Assembly: GCA_002354035.1 (NCBI GenBank)
Contig: DEKU01000020.1
Location: forward strand, 51,205 to 115,204
Reading direction: 5' to 3'
Length of the DNA: 64,000 nt
From: Bacteroidales bacterium UBA2714
GTDB lineage: Bacteria > Bacteroidota > Bacteroidia > Bacteroidales > P3
Made by a program: the position numbers and the translations under genes. This document shows positions 36,234 through 45,042 of the stretch, piece after piece. A model generated the notes under the pieces. The model worked only from the letters and a program-made list of their open reading frames with translations, searched no databases and was not told the DNA's origin. Every line of letters begins with the position of its first letter. The first letter of the stretch is position 1.

Positions 36234-37424
36234 TCAGATTGATGGGTTGACAGTTGGGTTGATGGTGGGTTGGGAGGAAGGCTGAGTGGCAGCCTGGCGT
36301 GTCAGCAGCAGGGTTCCGACCAGACCTGTGAGCAGGAAGGCCAGGAGGGCGGCTACCTGCCAGTAGCAGCTGGCGAATCCCGAGCCGAAAAGGGAAATGC
36401 GCGACACGGCCATATAGTAGTGGCGCAGTGGGAAGATGAGGCTGAAGCCTTGCAGAGCGGGTGGCATGCTGGTGACGGGATAGGAGAAGCCGGACATGGT
36501 GAAGGCCAGGGTGCCATAGATGGCGGCAAAACAGGTGGAGAGGTGGGCGTCGGGGATGATGGCACTGAGGAAGACGGCCGTGGCTTGCATGGCCATGACC
36601 AGCAGGATGGTGAAGAGGGCCACGAGCCAGAAGCTGCCGTGCAGCTCGAAACCGCACCACCCGAACAGAACCAGGTTGCCTATGACGCCGAGCAGGGAGA
36701 ACCAGAGGGTGTAGGGAGCCATTTTGCCCAGCAGAGCAGGGAGGGCACCTGCTGCAAGCCATTGGGAGAGGGTTCCCTCGCGGCGCTCTACACCGACCAT
36801 GTAAACCGTAAGCAGCAGGACGAAAAGCCCCAACATGCCAGGCAGCATGGTGGTGAGGACGTAGGGCTGGTAGTTGGCCATGGGGTTGCTGATGAGGTGG
36901 GTGTCGAGTTCGATGGGTTGGATGAGTCCCATGATTTGGCTTTCGTTGAGGCCTTTTTTGCGCAGCACTTCGCGTTGCACGGCTCCGGAGGCGAGGTTGC
37001 TGATGGTGGCCAGTGTGCGGTAGCTGAGTGCGCCGCTGAGGAGGTAGGCATTGTTGCTGTAGAGCACAAGATGGGGCCGGGTGAAGGAAAGGACGTCGTT
37101 ATAGGTGCCGGCGGGTATTTCAAGAAAGGCATAAATCTCCTGCCGCTGCATGGCTTGTCGGGCAGCGGTATGGGAACTGTAGACATTCACCACGCGGACA
37201 CCTTGGCAGGCATTGATTTCGTGGCAAAGGCGGCGGGAGAGGTAGCTGCCGTCTTTGTCGACGATGGCTATGGGCAGCCTTTGGGGCTGCCCTTCGTCCA
37301 TCAACGTGAGGAAGAAGACGTAGCAGAACACCAGGCCCAAAGAAGTGAGGATGAGGTATCGGGATTGGCCTCGGCTCCACAGTCGTTTCAGTTCACGTCT
37401 CAAAGAAATGATGAAAGTATGCAT
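36234..37424 (-). CDS. ABC-2 type transporter permease (paralogue)
   Basis: 396 aa with the same topology as the neighbouring permease. Confidence 0.75.
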   Translation of the reverse strand: MHTFIISLRRELKRLWSRGQSRYLILTSLGLVFCYVFFLTLMDEGQPQRLPIAIVDKDGSYLSRRLCHEINACQGVRVVNVYSSHTAARQAMQRQEIYAFLEIPAGTYNDVLSFTRPHLVLYSNNAYLLSGALSYRTLATISNLASGAVQREVLRKKGLNESQIMGLIQPIELDTHLISNPMANYQPYVLTTMLPGMLGLFVLLLTVYMVGVERREGTLSQWLAAGALPALLGKMAPYTLWFSLLGVIGNLVLFGWCGFELHGSFWLVALFTILLVMAMQATAVFLSAIIPDAHLSTCFAAIYGTLAFTMSGFSYPVTSMPPALQGFSLIFPLRHYYMAVSRISLFGSGFASCYWQVAALLAFLLTGLVGTLLLTRQAATQPSSQPTINPTVNPSI

Positions 37425-37479
37425 TGTGATGATTAGATGTTCGGATGTTGGCGCATCTGTGATGAGAGGGTTTTGTTGT

Positions 37480-38460
37480 TCAGAGTAAAATGGCGGTCAT
37501 GCCCGGCCGCACATCGGGAATGGGTTCGGTGGGCACAAGCTTCACGTCGAAGCTTTTCACGTCGTATTGCCCGTTGATTTTGGTGGCACGCCAAACGGCA
37601 TAGGTGGCCATGGCTTTGAGGTAGGTGACTTTGCAGGTGTAGGTGTTGTCGCCGAGGGCAGGTATCTTTACTTCGACGGTGTTGCCTACGCGGAGGTCGC
37701 CCAGGAGGTCTTCGCGCACACTGATGGTAATCCAGACATTGCTCATGTCAAGGATGGACATGACAGGCGAGCCGGTGCCGATGAGGTCGCTGTGTTTGGC
37801 ATAGATTTCGGCAACTTCGCCGTCGCAGGGGGCCAGCAGGTACCGGTCGCGGATGTATGATTCGACTTCGGAGACGGCACCGTCGGCCTGGCGCACCAAG
37901 GCGCTGGCGGCAGCTTTGTCCTCGGACTGGGCTCCTTCGCGGGCCATGTCGTATTGCAGCTTGGCGGCATTGGAGGTTGCCACGGCGGCACGGTATTGAG
38001 CCTCGGCCTCGTCGCGCTTTTGTGCGGAGATGACCTTCTTGTCGTAGAGGGTCTGAACGCGGTCGAAGGATTTTTTTGCAATGTCTACCCCCACCTCGGC
38101 TTTCTGCCACATCTCATAGGCGGAGGCTATTTGTTGCTGACGGGCTCCGTTCTGGGCTTTGGTGCTTTGGGCATCGGCTGCTGCACGGGCGGCGCGGGCT
38201 TGCTGCATCTTGGCATCGACTTCGGGGCTGGAGATAAAGGCAAGGGTGTCGCCGGCGTGCACTTGCTGCCCTTCTTCCACGAAGAGTTGGCTGAGCCGGC
38301 CGGGCACCTTGTTCGCTACACGGTATTCGTCGGCGCATATCTCGCCGGTAATCATTTCGGGTTCGGGCTGGAGGACCACAAGGCCGATGACGGCCACGAT
38401 GGCCACGATGGCAAGCACCACTCCAATGCCCAACCATAAGCTTTTCTGGTCTTTGTTCAT
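37480..38460 (-). CDS. HlyD-family membrane fusion (periplasmic adaptor) protein
   Basis: 326 aa. An N-terminal TM anchor, a lipoyl/barrel-sandwich segment (GRLSQLFVEEGQQVHAGDTLAFI), and a coiled-coil hairpin. Confidence 0.85.
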   Translation of the reverse strand: MNKDQKSLWLGIGVVLAIVAIVAVIGLVVLQPEPEMITGEICADEYRVANKVPGRLSQLFVEEGQQVHAGDTLAFISSPEVDAKMQQARAARAAADAQSTKAQNGARQQQIASAYEMWQKAEVGVDIAKKSFDRVQTLYDKKVISAQKRDEAEAQYRAAVATSNAAKLQYDMAREGAQSEDKAAASALVRQADGAVSEVESYIRDRYLLAPCDGEVAEIYAKHSDLIGTGSPVMSILDMSNVWITISVREDLLGDLRVGNTVEVKIPALGDNTYTCKVTYLKAMATYAVWRATKINGQYDVKSFDVKLVPTEPIPDVRPGMTAILL

Positions 38461-38494
38461 GACTGAGAGTTTTTGTATGTCGTATAAATCCTAT

Positions 38495-39961
38495 TTATTT
38501 CTGCATTTCGCCAAGAGCCTGCATGAGGTAGAGGTGGTCGAGGCGGACTTCAATCTCGGTGTCGAGCAGCTCGCTCTTGGCTTTCATCCAGGCCGTCTGG
38601 GCTGCCATGAGGTCGGTGGGGTTGATGACCCCTGCGTCGAACGATTCGTCGGCCAGCCGCAGGTTCTCCTCGGCATTCTCGAGGTCGCTCTGCGCTTGCT
38701 GCAACTTGACGTTGGCCACCCTGAGTTGGTGGTTCAGTTTGTTCACCTCAAGCCTGATGAGGTTGCGCGACTCGTCCAGCTGGTAGGCAGCTTCGTTGCG
38801 TTTGTGTTTGGCGGCACGCAGTGCATAGTAGCTGCCGGGGTGGCCCAGAGGTATGGTCACTGCCACTCCGGCGGTGAACATGCCGCCAAAGTTATTCTGG
38901 AATCCGTTGAAGAGATTGGGGTTGCTCACGATGTATGAGCCGGTGAGCGCCACATTGGGCAGCAGTCCTGCACGGGCTATGCGCACTCCCTGCTGGGCCA
39001 GCCCCTCGGCATCGCGTAGCAGCCGGTAGTCGTTGCGGCGGTTGCATATTTGGTCGATGTTGATAGTGTCGACGGGTTGGTAGGGTGTGAGTGTGGAGTC
39101 TTCGGCAAAAGTGTAGTTGCTGTCGGGGCTGATGCCACATATTTGGCACAGGGCCAGGCGCGCCAGTTCGAGTCCGCAGTCGGCTTTGGTGACGTTCATG
39201 CGGGCTTCATTCAGCTTGACACGCACCTTGGTGACATCTGCACGGGTGGCCACGTCGGCCTCCACCATGGCTTCGACGTCGCTGTTGAGTTGCAACAGGA
39301 GGCTGTGGTATTGGTGTGCCAACTGCTGCTTGTGCAGCACTGAGATGTATTGCCAGTAGGCGGCGTCGACAGCTATGAGAAGTCCGTCGTAGACGCGGTC
39401 GCCGATGGCTTGCTGCATGTCGAGGTTGTAGCGAGACGACTGATACATGGCCCAGAGGCGACCGCCAAGATAAATCGGTTGGCTGACGGTGGCGTTGGCA
39501 GCTATGATGTGGTGGAGGTTGATGTCCATGGCATCGGTCACCTGTTGCCCCATGTTGTTGAGGTTCTCCTCCAGCTGCAGGCCACCCAGATTGTCGACTA
39601 TGCGGGCTGCCAAGGCGGGGTCGTGGATGCCTATGTTTTCCAACAGGTCGCTCAGGCTGTGGGCTATGTCGCCCTCCACGGTGGTGCCGATGTGGTTGAT
39701 GTCGTAGGCCTGTTGGTCGCTCAGCAGTGATATGCTTTTCTGATTCCAGATGTAGGTGCCGCCAGCGTCCAGCTTTGGAAGAAACTGGCAGAAGGCCATG
39801 CGCTCCAGCGCTTCGGCGGCGTCGATGCGCTCCTGCGCGGCCTTGAGGGTGGGGTTGCTCTGGGTGGCTAAATAGCGGCACTGGGAGAGCGTGAGCCGTT
39901 GCTGCGCCATGAGTGTGAGCCCCGCTGTGAGGGCGAGAAGAATGACAAATGTGCGTTTCAT
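38495..39961 (-). CDS. TolC-family outer-membrane efflux protein
   Basis: Start moved to MKRTFVILLALTAGLTLMAQQ. Two TolC-type repeats. The 61 upstream codons of the track ORF have no coding character. Confidence 0.85.
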   Translation of the reverse strand: MKRTFVILLALTAGLTLMAQQRLTLSQCRYLATQSNPTLKAAQERIDAAEALERMAFCQFLPKLDAGGTYIWNQKSISLLSDQQAYDINHIGTTVEGDIAHSLSDLLENIGIHDPALAARIVDNLGGLQLEENLNNMGQQVTDAMDINLHHIIAANATVSQPIYLGGRLWAMYQSSRYNLDMQQAIGDRVYDGLLIAVDAAYWQYISVLHKQQLAHQYHSLLLQLNSDVEAMVEADVATRADVTKVRVKLNEARMNVTKADCGLELARLALCQICGISPDSNYTFAEDSTLTPYQPVDTINIDQICNRRNDYRLLRDAEGLAQQGVRIARAGLLPNVALTGSYIVSNPNLFNGFQNNFGGMFTAGVAVTIPLGHPGSYYALRAAKHKRNEAAYQLDESRNLIRLEVNKLNHQLRVANVKLQQAQSDLENAEENLRLADESFDAGVINPTDLMAAQTAWMKAKSELLDTEIEVRLDHLYLMQALGEMQK

Positions 39962-39980
39962 TGTTCTTATTTTTGAATTG

Positions 39981-39988
39981 CAAAAGTA
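39981..39988 (-). promoter_or_regulatory. -7 box TACTTTTG for the TolC/HlyD/ABC-2 operon
   Basis: Plus strand CAAAAGTA, about 20 nt upstream of the TolC ATG. Confidence 0.4.
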
Positions 39989-40105
39989 GTGCTTTTTTTC
40001 TGCCGAGGAGGCTGCGATGGTTGCGAAATGGGCTTTTGGGGCTCCGAAACGGCTATGTGGGGATTTGAATTGTTGTTTTTTTTCTGTTGAATTGATTTTT
40101 ATTTG

Positions 40106-40113
40106 TATTTTTG
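40106..40113 (+). promoter_or_regulatory. -7 box TATTTTTG for the large T9SS cargo gene
   Basis: Matches TAnnTTTG, about 30 nt upstream of the ATG at 40143. Confidence 0.4.
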
Positions 40114-40142
40114 CAAGTGCAAAATGTGGATTATTAGTAAAC

Positions 40143-43100
40143 ATGATGATTATTAATAATAGGAATATGCATTTTACAAGCTATAAAATTGCGCTTTTAA
40201 CCCTTGTGGTGGCGTTTCTTTTCCCGCTGAAGGCTGGGGGACAGCCGACGGTGGTGCATGGGTATGAGTTTACAACGGGAGTGGATTCGTCGCTGTGGGT
40301 CGATATGAGTCATTCTACCTCTTGGTGTTTGGGCAGTGAGATGTGTTACGAGCTTCCGTTTACGTTTTTCTGGGGTGACGATTATCGGAAGGTGCAAGTG
40401 TTTCGTGATGGGTCGATGCTTTTTGTCAGGCAAGCGGTGGACTCCATTTTTCTGCCCTACGTTTATTTCCCTTCGGATTTGCCATCTATGAGTCTTTTTT
40501 CCTCAAACCCGGCAGCGGGTGTATTCCCGTGCAGGAATAGGCTTATTAATACTTTGGATTTGCCGTTTATGCAGACGATGGAGACCGATTCGGTATCCTG
40601 CCCGCCAGGACAACGTATGGTTGTTTTCCAGTTGGGCAGTTTTTTGAACAACGGGGTGGTCAACAGGTTCCAGATTCAGTTCAGGGAGGAGGATAATTCG
40701 CTGACATTAGTGTATGGCCCCCAGGAGTTTCAACCTCCTGTTTTTTCGCAGGTGGGGCTGACGTTGGATACATCTCACATCATTTTCATAAACCCCCTTA
40801 GCCATACGGCTTTGGCTGTGCAACCCGCGCTTCAGCATGTGTGGCCAGGTGCGTACCGCTATTACCGTTTTACGCCATCGGACACGTTGTGCTGTGAACC
40901 GAGGAATTTGAGTGTGCAGGAATTAGGGCTGTATGGCTCGCCCAGAGTGCGGTTGCATTGGCATGGGTGTATGCTGGCGGAAAGATATGAGGTGGAGTAC
41001 GGCCCAGAAGGTTTTGCGGAGGGGGAGGGGACGCTGCTTTCGGTTACGGACACGCAAGTTGTAATCCGTGGATTGCAGGCCGATAGGGTCTATGAAGCGC
41101 GTGTGCGCAGTGTGTGTCCGTTGTCGGAGACTGGTTGGGTCAGCACGGTGTTCAGGTCGACTTGTACCAGAAGGTTGTTCTATGACCATCTTTATGCCGA
41201 TAGTGTGAAGTGCTGCACGGGTACTTTTCGCACCCCTTCGGGTGTCTGGTCGCCTCAGAATGTGGTGGATTTCGGAAATACCTCGATATCTTCGAGGCAT
41301 ACGGTTCACAGGGATACGGCTGAGAGGGACAGCCGCACGAACTATCTATTGCGCACGGTGCCAGAGGGGTACTGCTCGTCGGTGCGCTTGGGCAATTGGA
41401 GGAATGGGAGTGAACAGGAGTCCATCACCTATACGCTGGCTGTTGATACCAATCAGTTCGGCTTGCTGGTTTTGCGTTATGCGGTGGTGGAGCAGAATCC
41501 CGGCCATCCGCCGGAAGAACAGCCGCGCTTCGAGTTTGAGATCACTGACACAGCTGGAGTCCGGATTAGCGATTGCTATTATGGCAATTTTGTGTCGGGC
41601 GATTCGTCGGGATGGAATATCGGGGAGATCAATGTGGTGTGGCGCGACTGGGAGGCTGTGGGCGTGGACTTGTCTCCTCTTCACGGGCAGACTATTAATG
41701 TGACTCTATCCAATTATGACTGCGCTCACGGAGCACATTACGGCTATGCGTATTTCGTGTTGGAGGCTGTTGACAAGAATATCTTTGTGGAGAGCTGCGG
41801 CGATATAGACTCGAGTATGCTTTACGCTCCTGACGGTTTTTCCTATCGGTGGTATTCGATGGACGACACGACGACCACGCTCTCCACCTCACGCTCCTGT
41901 CTTGCCACTTCGCGGGGTGTGTATAAGTGTCACATGACTTATCAGTTGTCCGGACAGGAGTGCGGATTCACTTCGTCGGCATTCGTGGGCGGGCGTTATC
42001 CAGCGGCGGCTTTCGCAATGAGACAGCTGGATTCATGTGGGTCAACAGTACATTTCGAGAACCTCAGCTCGGTGGCACGCGACTCGAACCTTTCGCAGCT
42101 GACCGCTTATCCCTGCGATGAGTACCGCTGGGATTTCGGCGACGGGACTTCGTCGACTACTCCCAGCCCCACCCATGTTTTTGGCGAAGGGACGTTCAGG
42201 GTGACGCTCTATGCCATACTTGGAGGGGGTGAGTGTGTGGACTCGGCGAGCCAGACGGTCACGGTGGCGTTGGGACATGACACGGTTTATGCCTCGATTT
42301 GCGAGGGGGAGGAGTATGACTTTTTTGGACGAAGACTGACAAGGGAGGGTGAGTATCAGCATCAGGATAGCTGCCTGCTGACGACGCTCATGCTTCGGGT
42401 GAACCCTGTCTACGCCACAGAGGTTGTGGACTCGTTTGCGGCGGGCGGAATCTTTCGGTGGAATGGCGAGATGTACGACGAAGCTGGGGTGTACACAAGG
42501 AATCTCGTCAGCACTATGGGCTGCGACAGTCTGGTCACCTTGCGTCTGAGTTGTGTCACCCAAATTGATACGGTGGTCTGCTCGTCTTCGCTTCCGGTAG
42601 TGTGGCGCGGTGTTCTTTTCGAAGTTGAGGGAGCGGACACTTTAAGGCACAGGGTTTATGAGGGAGCCGACAGTGTCTGGGTGTTCGCGCTACGGGTCTT
42701 GGTGCCGCCTGAACTGAGTGTGGAGGCTGAGCCGTTCTGCCACTTGCCGGGAGGATATAGCATCATGCTGCCCGACTCGCTGTGCTACCGCTTTACCGCT
42801 TCGCCCGTCGACTCGGCATTGCCTCTGGGATGGGTGAGGGGTACCGAAACGGAGTGGCCCCTGCTGCTTACCCCACGCAGCCCGACTCGCTACTGTTTGG
42901 AGGCCGAGCGGTGTGACACAATCCATTGCCCGTGGCGCGACACACTGCTGCTCAACCCTATTGAGACGGTGGTGGCGGGAATTTCGGTCTCTCCTCGATG
43001 GTTGGATTTGGAACACTTGGAGTTTACGGCCTTCGACGTGACCGCCATGGCTCATGAACGCAGCTGGTTCTTGAACGGGACGCTTTGGCCGGAAGGAGAC

Positions 43101-43481
43101 AGTGTCCTCACCTATCAGGCTTCGATCACCGATGACAGTGTGACGGTGATGTTGGTGGCAAGCACGCCCGACTGTAGCGACACGGCGCGTGCCGTGGTGC
43201 CTGTAAGGGTGCAGAGCTTGTGGTTCCCCAATGTCTTCACACCTGATTTGCCGACGAACTACCGTTTCCGCGGTTATGGGGTGAATGTGAAGGATTACGA
43301 CTTGCAAGTGTTCACCCGTTGGGGCGACTGCATTTTCCACACCAAGAACCTTGAAGAGGGTTGGGACGGAACATACCGCGGGGTGAAGAGTCCGGAGTCG
43401 GCCTACGCCTACCTCTGCCACTACACCACACTGGAGGGCAAGCCAGAGGTGATGGCTGGCACAGTGACGCTTGTGAGGTAA
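40143..43481 (+). CDS. large secreted multi-domain protein with T9SS type-B (gliding-motility-associated) C-terminal domain
   Basis: The start (40143 or 40167) is placed just before the signal peptide KIALLTLVVAFLFPLKAGGQ. FN3-like segment (PRNLSVQELG...YEARVRSVC). PKD-like segment (YRWDFGDGTSSTTPSPTHVFGEGTFRVTLYA). C-terminus FPNVFTPD...YDLQVFTRWGDCIFHTKN..GWDGTYRG is typical of TIGR04131-type CTDs. Confidence 0.8.
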   Translation: MMIINNRNMHFTSYKIALLTLVVAFLFPLKAGGQPTVVHGYEFTTGVDSSLWVDMSHSTSWCLGSEMCYELPFTFFWGDDYRKVQVFRDGSMLFVRQAVDSIFLPYVYFPSDLPSMSLFSSNPAAGVFPCRNRLINTLDLPFMQTMETDSVSCPPGQRMVVFQLGSFLNNGVVNRFQIQFREEDNSLTLVYGPQEFQPPVFSQVGLTLDTSHIIFINPLSHTALAVQPALQHVWPGAYRYYRFTPSDTLCCEPRNLSVQELGLYGSPRVRLHWHGCMLAERYEVEYGPEGFAEGEGTLLSVTDTQVVIRGLQADRVYEARVRSVCPLSETGWVSTVFRSTCTRRLFYDHLYADSVKCCTGTFRTPSGVWSPQNVVDFGNTSISSRHTVHRDTAERDSRTNYLLRTVPEGYCSSVRLGNWRNGSEQESITYTLAVDTNQFGLLVLRYAVVEQNPGHPPEEQPRFEFEITDTAGVRISDCYYGNFVSGDSSGWNIGEINVVWRDWEAVGVDLSPLHGQTINVTLSNYDCAHGAHYGYAYFVLEAVDKNIFVESCGDIDSSMLYAPDGFSYRWYSMDDTTTTLSTSRSCLATSRGVYKCHMTYQLSGQECGFTSSAFVGGRYPAAAFAMRQLDSCGSTVHFENLSSVARDSNLSQLTAYPCDEYRWDFGDGTSSTTPSPTHVFGEGTFRVTLYAILGGGECVDSASQTVTVALGHDTVYASICEGEEYDFFGRRLTREGEYQHQDSCLLTTLMLRVNPVYATEVVDSFAAGGIFRWNGEMYDEAGVYTRNLVSTMGCDSLVTLRLSCVTQIDTVVCSSSLPVVWRGVLFEVEGADTLRHRVYEGADSVWVFALRVLVPPELSVEAEPFCHLPGGYSIMLPDSLCYRFTASPVDSALPLGWVRGTETEWPLLLTPRSPTRYCLEAERCDTIHCPWRDTLLLNPIETVVAGISVSPRWLDLEHLEFTAFDVTAMAHERSWFLNGTLWPEGDSVLTYQASITDDSVTVMLVASTPDCSDTARAVVPVRVQSLWFPNVFTPDLPTNYRFRGYGVNVKDYDLQVFTRWGDCIFHTKNLEEGWDGTYRGVKSPESAYAYLCHYTTLEGKPEVMAGTVTLVR

Positions 43482-43499
43482 TGACGAGCAGAGCCCGGG

Positions 43500-44435
43500 T
43501 TACTTTCTGTTCAGGTATTGCTTGACGTGGTCGAAGACAATGTCGGCCCGGATGTCGAAAGCCTCGCGCGAGGCGTAGCCGATATGGGGTACGCATACAC
43601 AGTTGGGCGCACTGAGCAGAGGATGATCAGTGGGCAGAGGAGGCTCTTTCTCATACACGTCGATTCCGGCACCGGCTATGCGGTGTTCCTTTAGGGCTTC
43701 GGCCAAGGCCTGGATGTCCACCACATTGCCCCGGGCGGTGTTGATCAGTATGGCGGTGGGCTTCATCATGGCGATGCGCTCGCGGCTGATGAGGTGATGG
43801 GTCTCGGCTGTCATGGGCACATGCAAGGTCACTATGTCGCTGCGCTGCATCAGGGTGTCGAGGTCGGTGTATTCCACGCCCATCTGCTCCACATCGGCAT
43901 GACGACTGCGGTTGTAGGCCTTCACCTTGCAGCCGAAGGCAAGCAAGAGCCGGATGGTGGCGGTGCCGATGGCACCAGTGCCTACCACACCTACGGTCTT
44001 GCCCCTCAGCTCGCGTCCCAGGAATGCTCCGCGGCCTTCGCCCTGGCGGATGGCGGCATCGAGGCTCGTGACGCGCCGCAGCACGTCGAGCATCAGTCCA
44101 ACGGCCAGCTCACTCACCGCCGTGGTGGAATAGCCCGCAGCGTTCTGCACCTCGATGTGGTGTTCCTGGCAGTAGGCCAAGTCTATATGGTCCAACCCGG
44201 TGAAAGCCACCGAGAGGTACTGGAGTTTGGGACATTGGCTGAGCACGGCGGCTGGCAGGGGGATATTGGATATTACGGCTATGTCGGCATCACACATGCG
44301 GGCGACCAGTGCGGCGGCATCTTCGTTGCGGTCCATATGGTAGACAAACTCGTGTCCCTCCGTGGCCATTCCCTGTTTAATCTCTTCGAAATGCTCTTGG
44401 CTTATGCCCAGAGGCTCTACACATACTATTTTCAT
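43500..44435 (-). CDS. D-isomer-specific 2-hydroxyacid dehydrogenase family protein
   Basis: 311 aa. NAD-binding loop GKTVGVVGTGAIGTATIRLL and catalytic His context VCVPHIGYAS. Confidence 0.8.
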   Translation of the reverse strand: MKIVCVEPLGISQEHFEEIKQGMATEGHEFVYHMDRNEDAAALVARMCDADIAVISNIPLPAAVLSQCPKLQYLSVAFTGLDHIDLAYCQEHHIEVQNAAGYSTTAVSELAVGLMLDVLRRVTSLDAAIRQGEGRGAFLGRELRGKTVGVVGTGAIGTATIRLLLAFGCKVKAYNRSRHADVEQMGVEYTDLDTLMQRSDIVTLHVPMTAETHHLISRERIAMMKPTAILINTARGNVVDIQALAEALKEHRIAGAGIDVYEKEPPLPTDHPLLSAPNCVCVPHIGYASREAFDIRADIVFDHVKQYLNRK

Positions 44436-44449
44436 GACGGGTGAAAGAT

Positions 44450-45031
44450 TTATTTCTTGTTGTGTCGGTTGTTCTTCTTCACGCTGAAACCAAAACTGCC
44501 CAGTTTCTGGCCCAGTGTATAGTATTTGCCATGCGAGTAGGCTATGGGTCCCGCGTGGTTCAGTTGGAAAGCCCCGGTGCTCTTGTCAATCAGTCTTTCG
44601 TCGGCGTCTACGGCCACCACGCGGGCCATAAACATGTCGTGGCTGCCCAGAGGCCTCACCTCCATCACCTGGCATTCTATGTTCAACGGACTTTCGGCAA
44701 TCAAGGGGGCTTTCACCACCTGTCCGGTTTCCGGGGTGAGGTGCATCTCTTTGAACTTGTCGTAGTCTCTCCCGCTCCGCACCCCGCACCAGTCGGTGGC
44801 GCGGCAAAGCTCCTCGGTCGTGAGGTTGATGACAAATTCGCCGGTGCGTTTGATAATGTCATACGAGTGCCGCTCATGCCGCACCGATATATAGCATAGT
44901 GGGGGTTCGGTGCAGAGTGTCCCAGTCCATGCCACAGTGATGATGTTGTAGTTCTCTGGCTCGTCGCCGCAACTCACCATCACTGCGGGCAGCGGATAGA
45001 TCAGTGTGCCGGGCTTGAAAGGGACTTTCAT
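44450..45031 (-). CDS. flavin reductase-like (FMN-binding split-barrel) protein
   Basis: 193 aa. YPLPAVMVSCGD...NIITVAWTG is the typical flavin_reduct pattern. Confidence 0.7.
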   Translation of the reverse strand: MKVPFKPGTLIYPLPAVMVSCGDEPENYNIITVAWTGTLCTEPPLCYISVRHERHSYDIIKRTGEFVINLTTEELCRATDWCGVRSGRDYDKFKEMHLTPETGQVVKAPLIAESPLNIECQVMEVRPLGSHDMFMARVVAVDADERLIDKSTGAFQLNHAGPIAYSHGKYYTLGQKLGSFGFSVKKNNRHNKK

Positions 45032-45042
45032 GATGTCGCGCC

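Noticed and set aside
38495-40144. N-terminal extensions in the ORF track for several genes: TolC to 40144, T9SS cargo from 40017, dnaA to 46635, patatin to 54939, OTC to 58923, transporter to 57683, lipoprotein to 18915, small ORF to 14596.
   Set aside because: The extensions are Arg/His/Pro-rich or cross obvious promoter or AT-rich DNA. Internal Met codons immediately precede canonical signal peptides or conserved N-termini, so the shorter starts were used.
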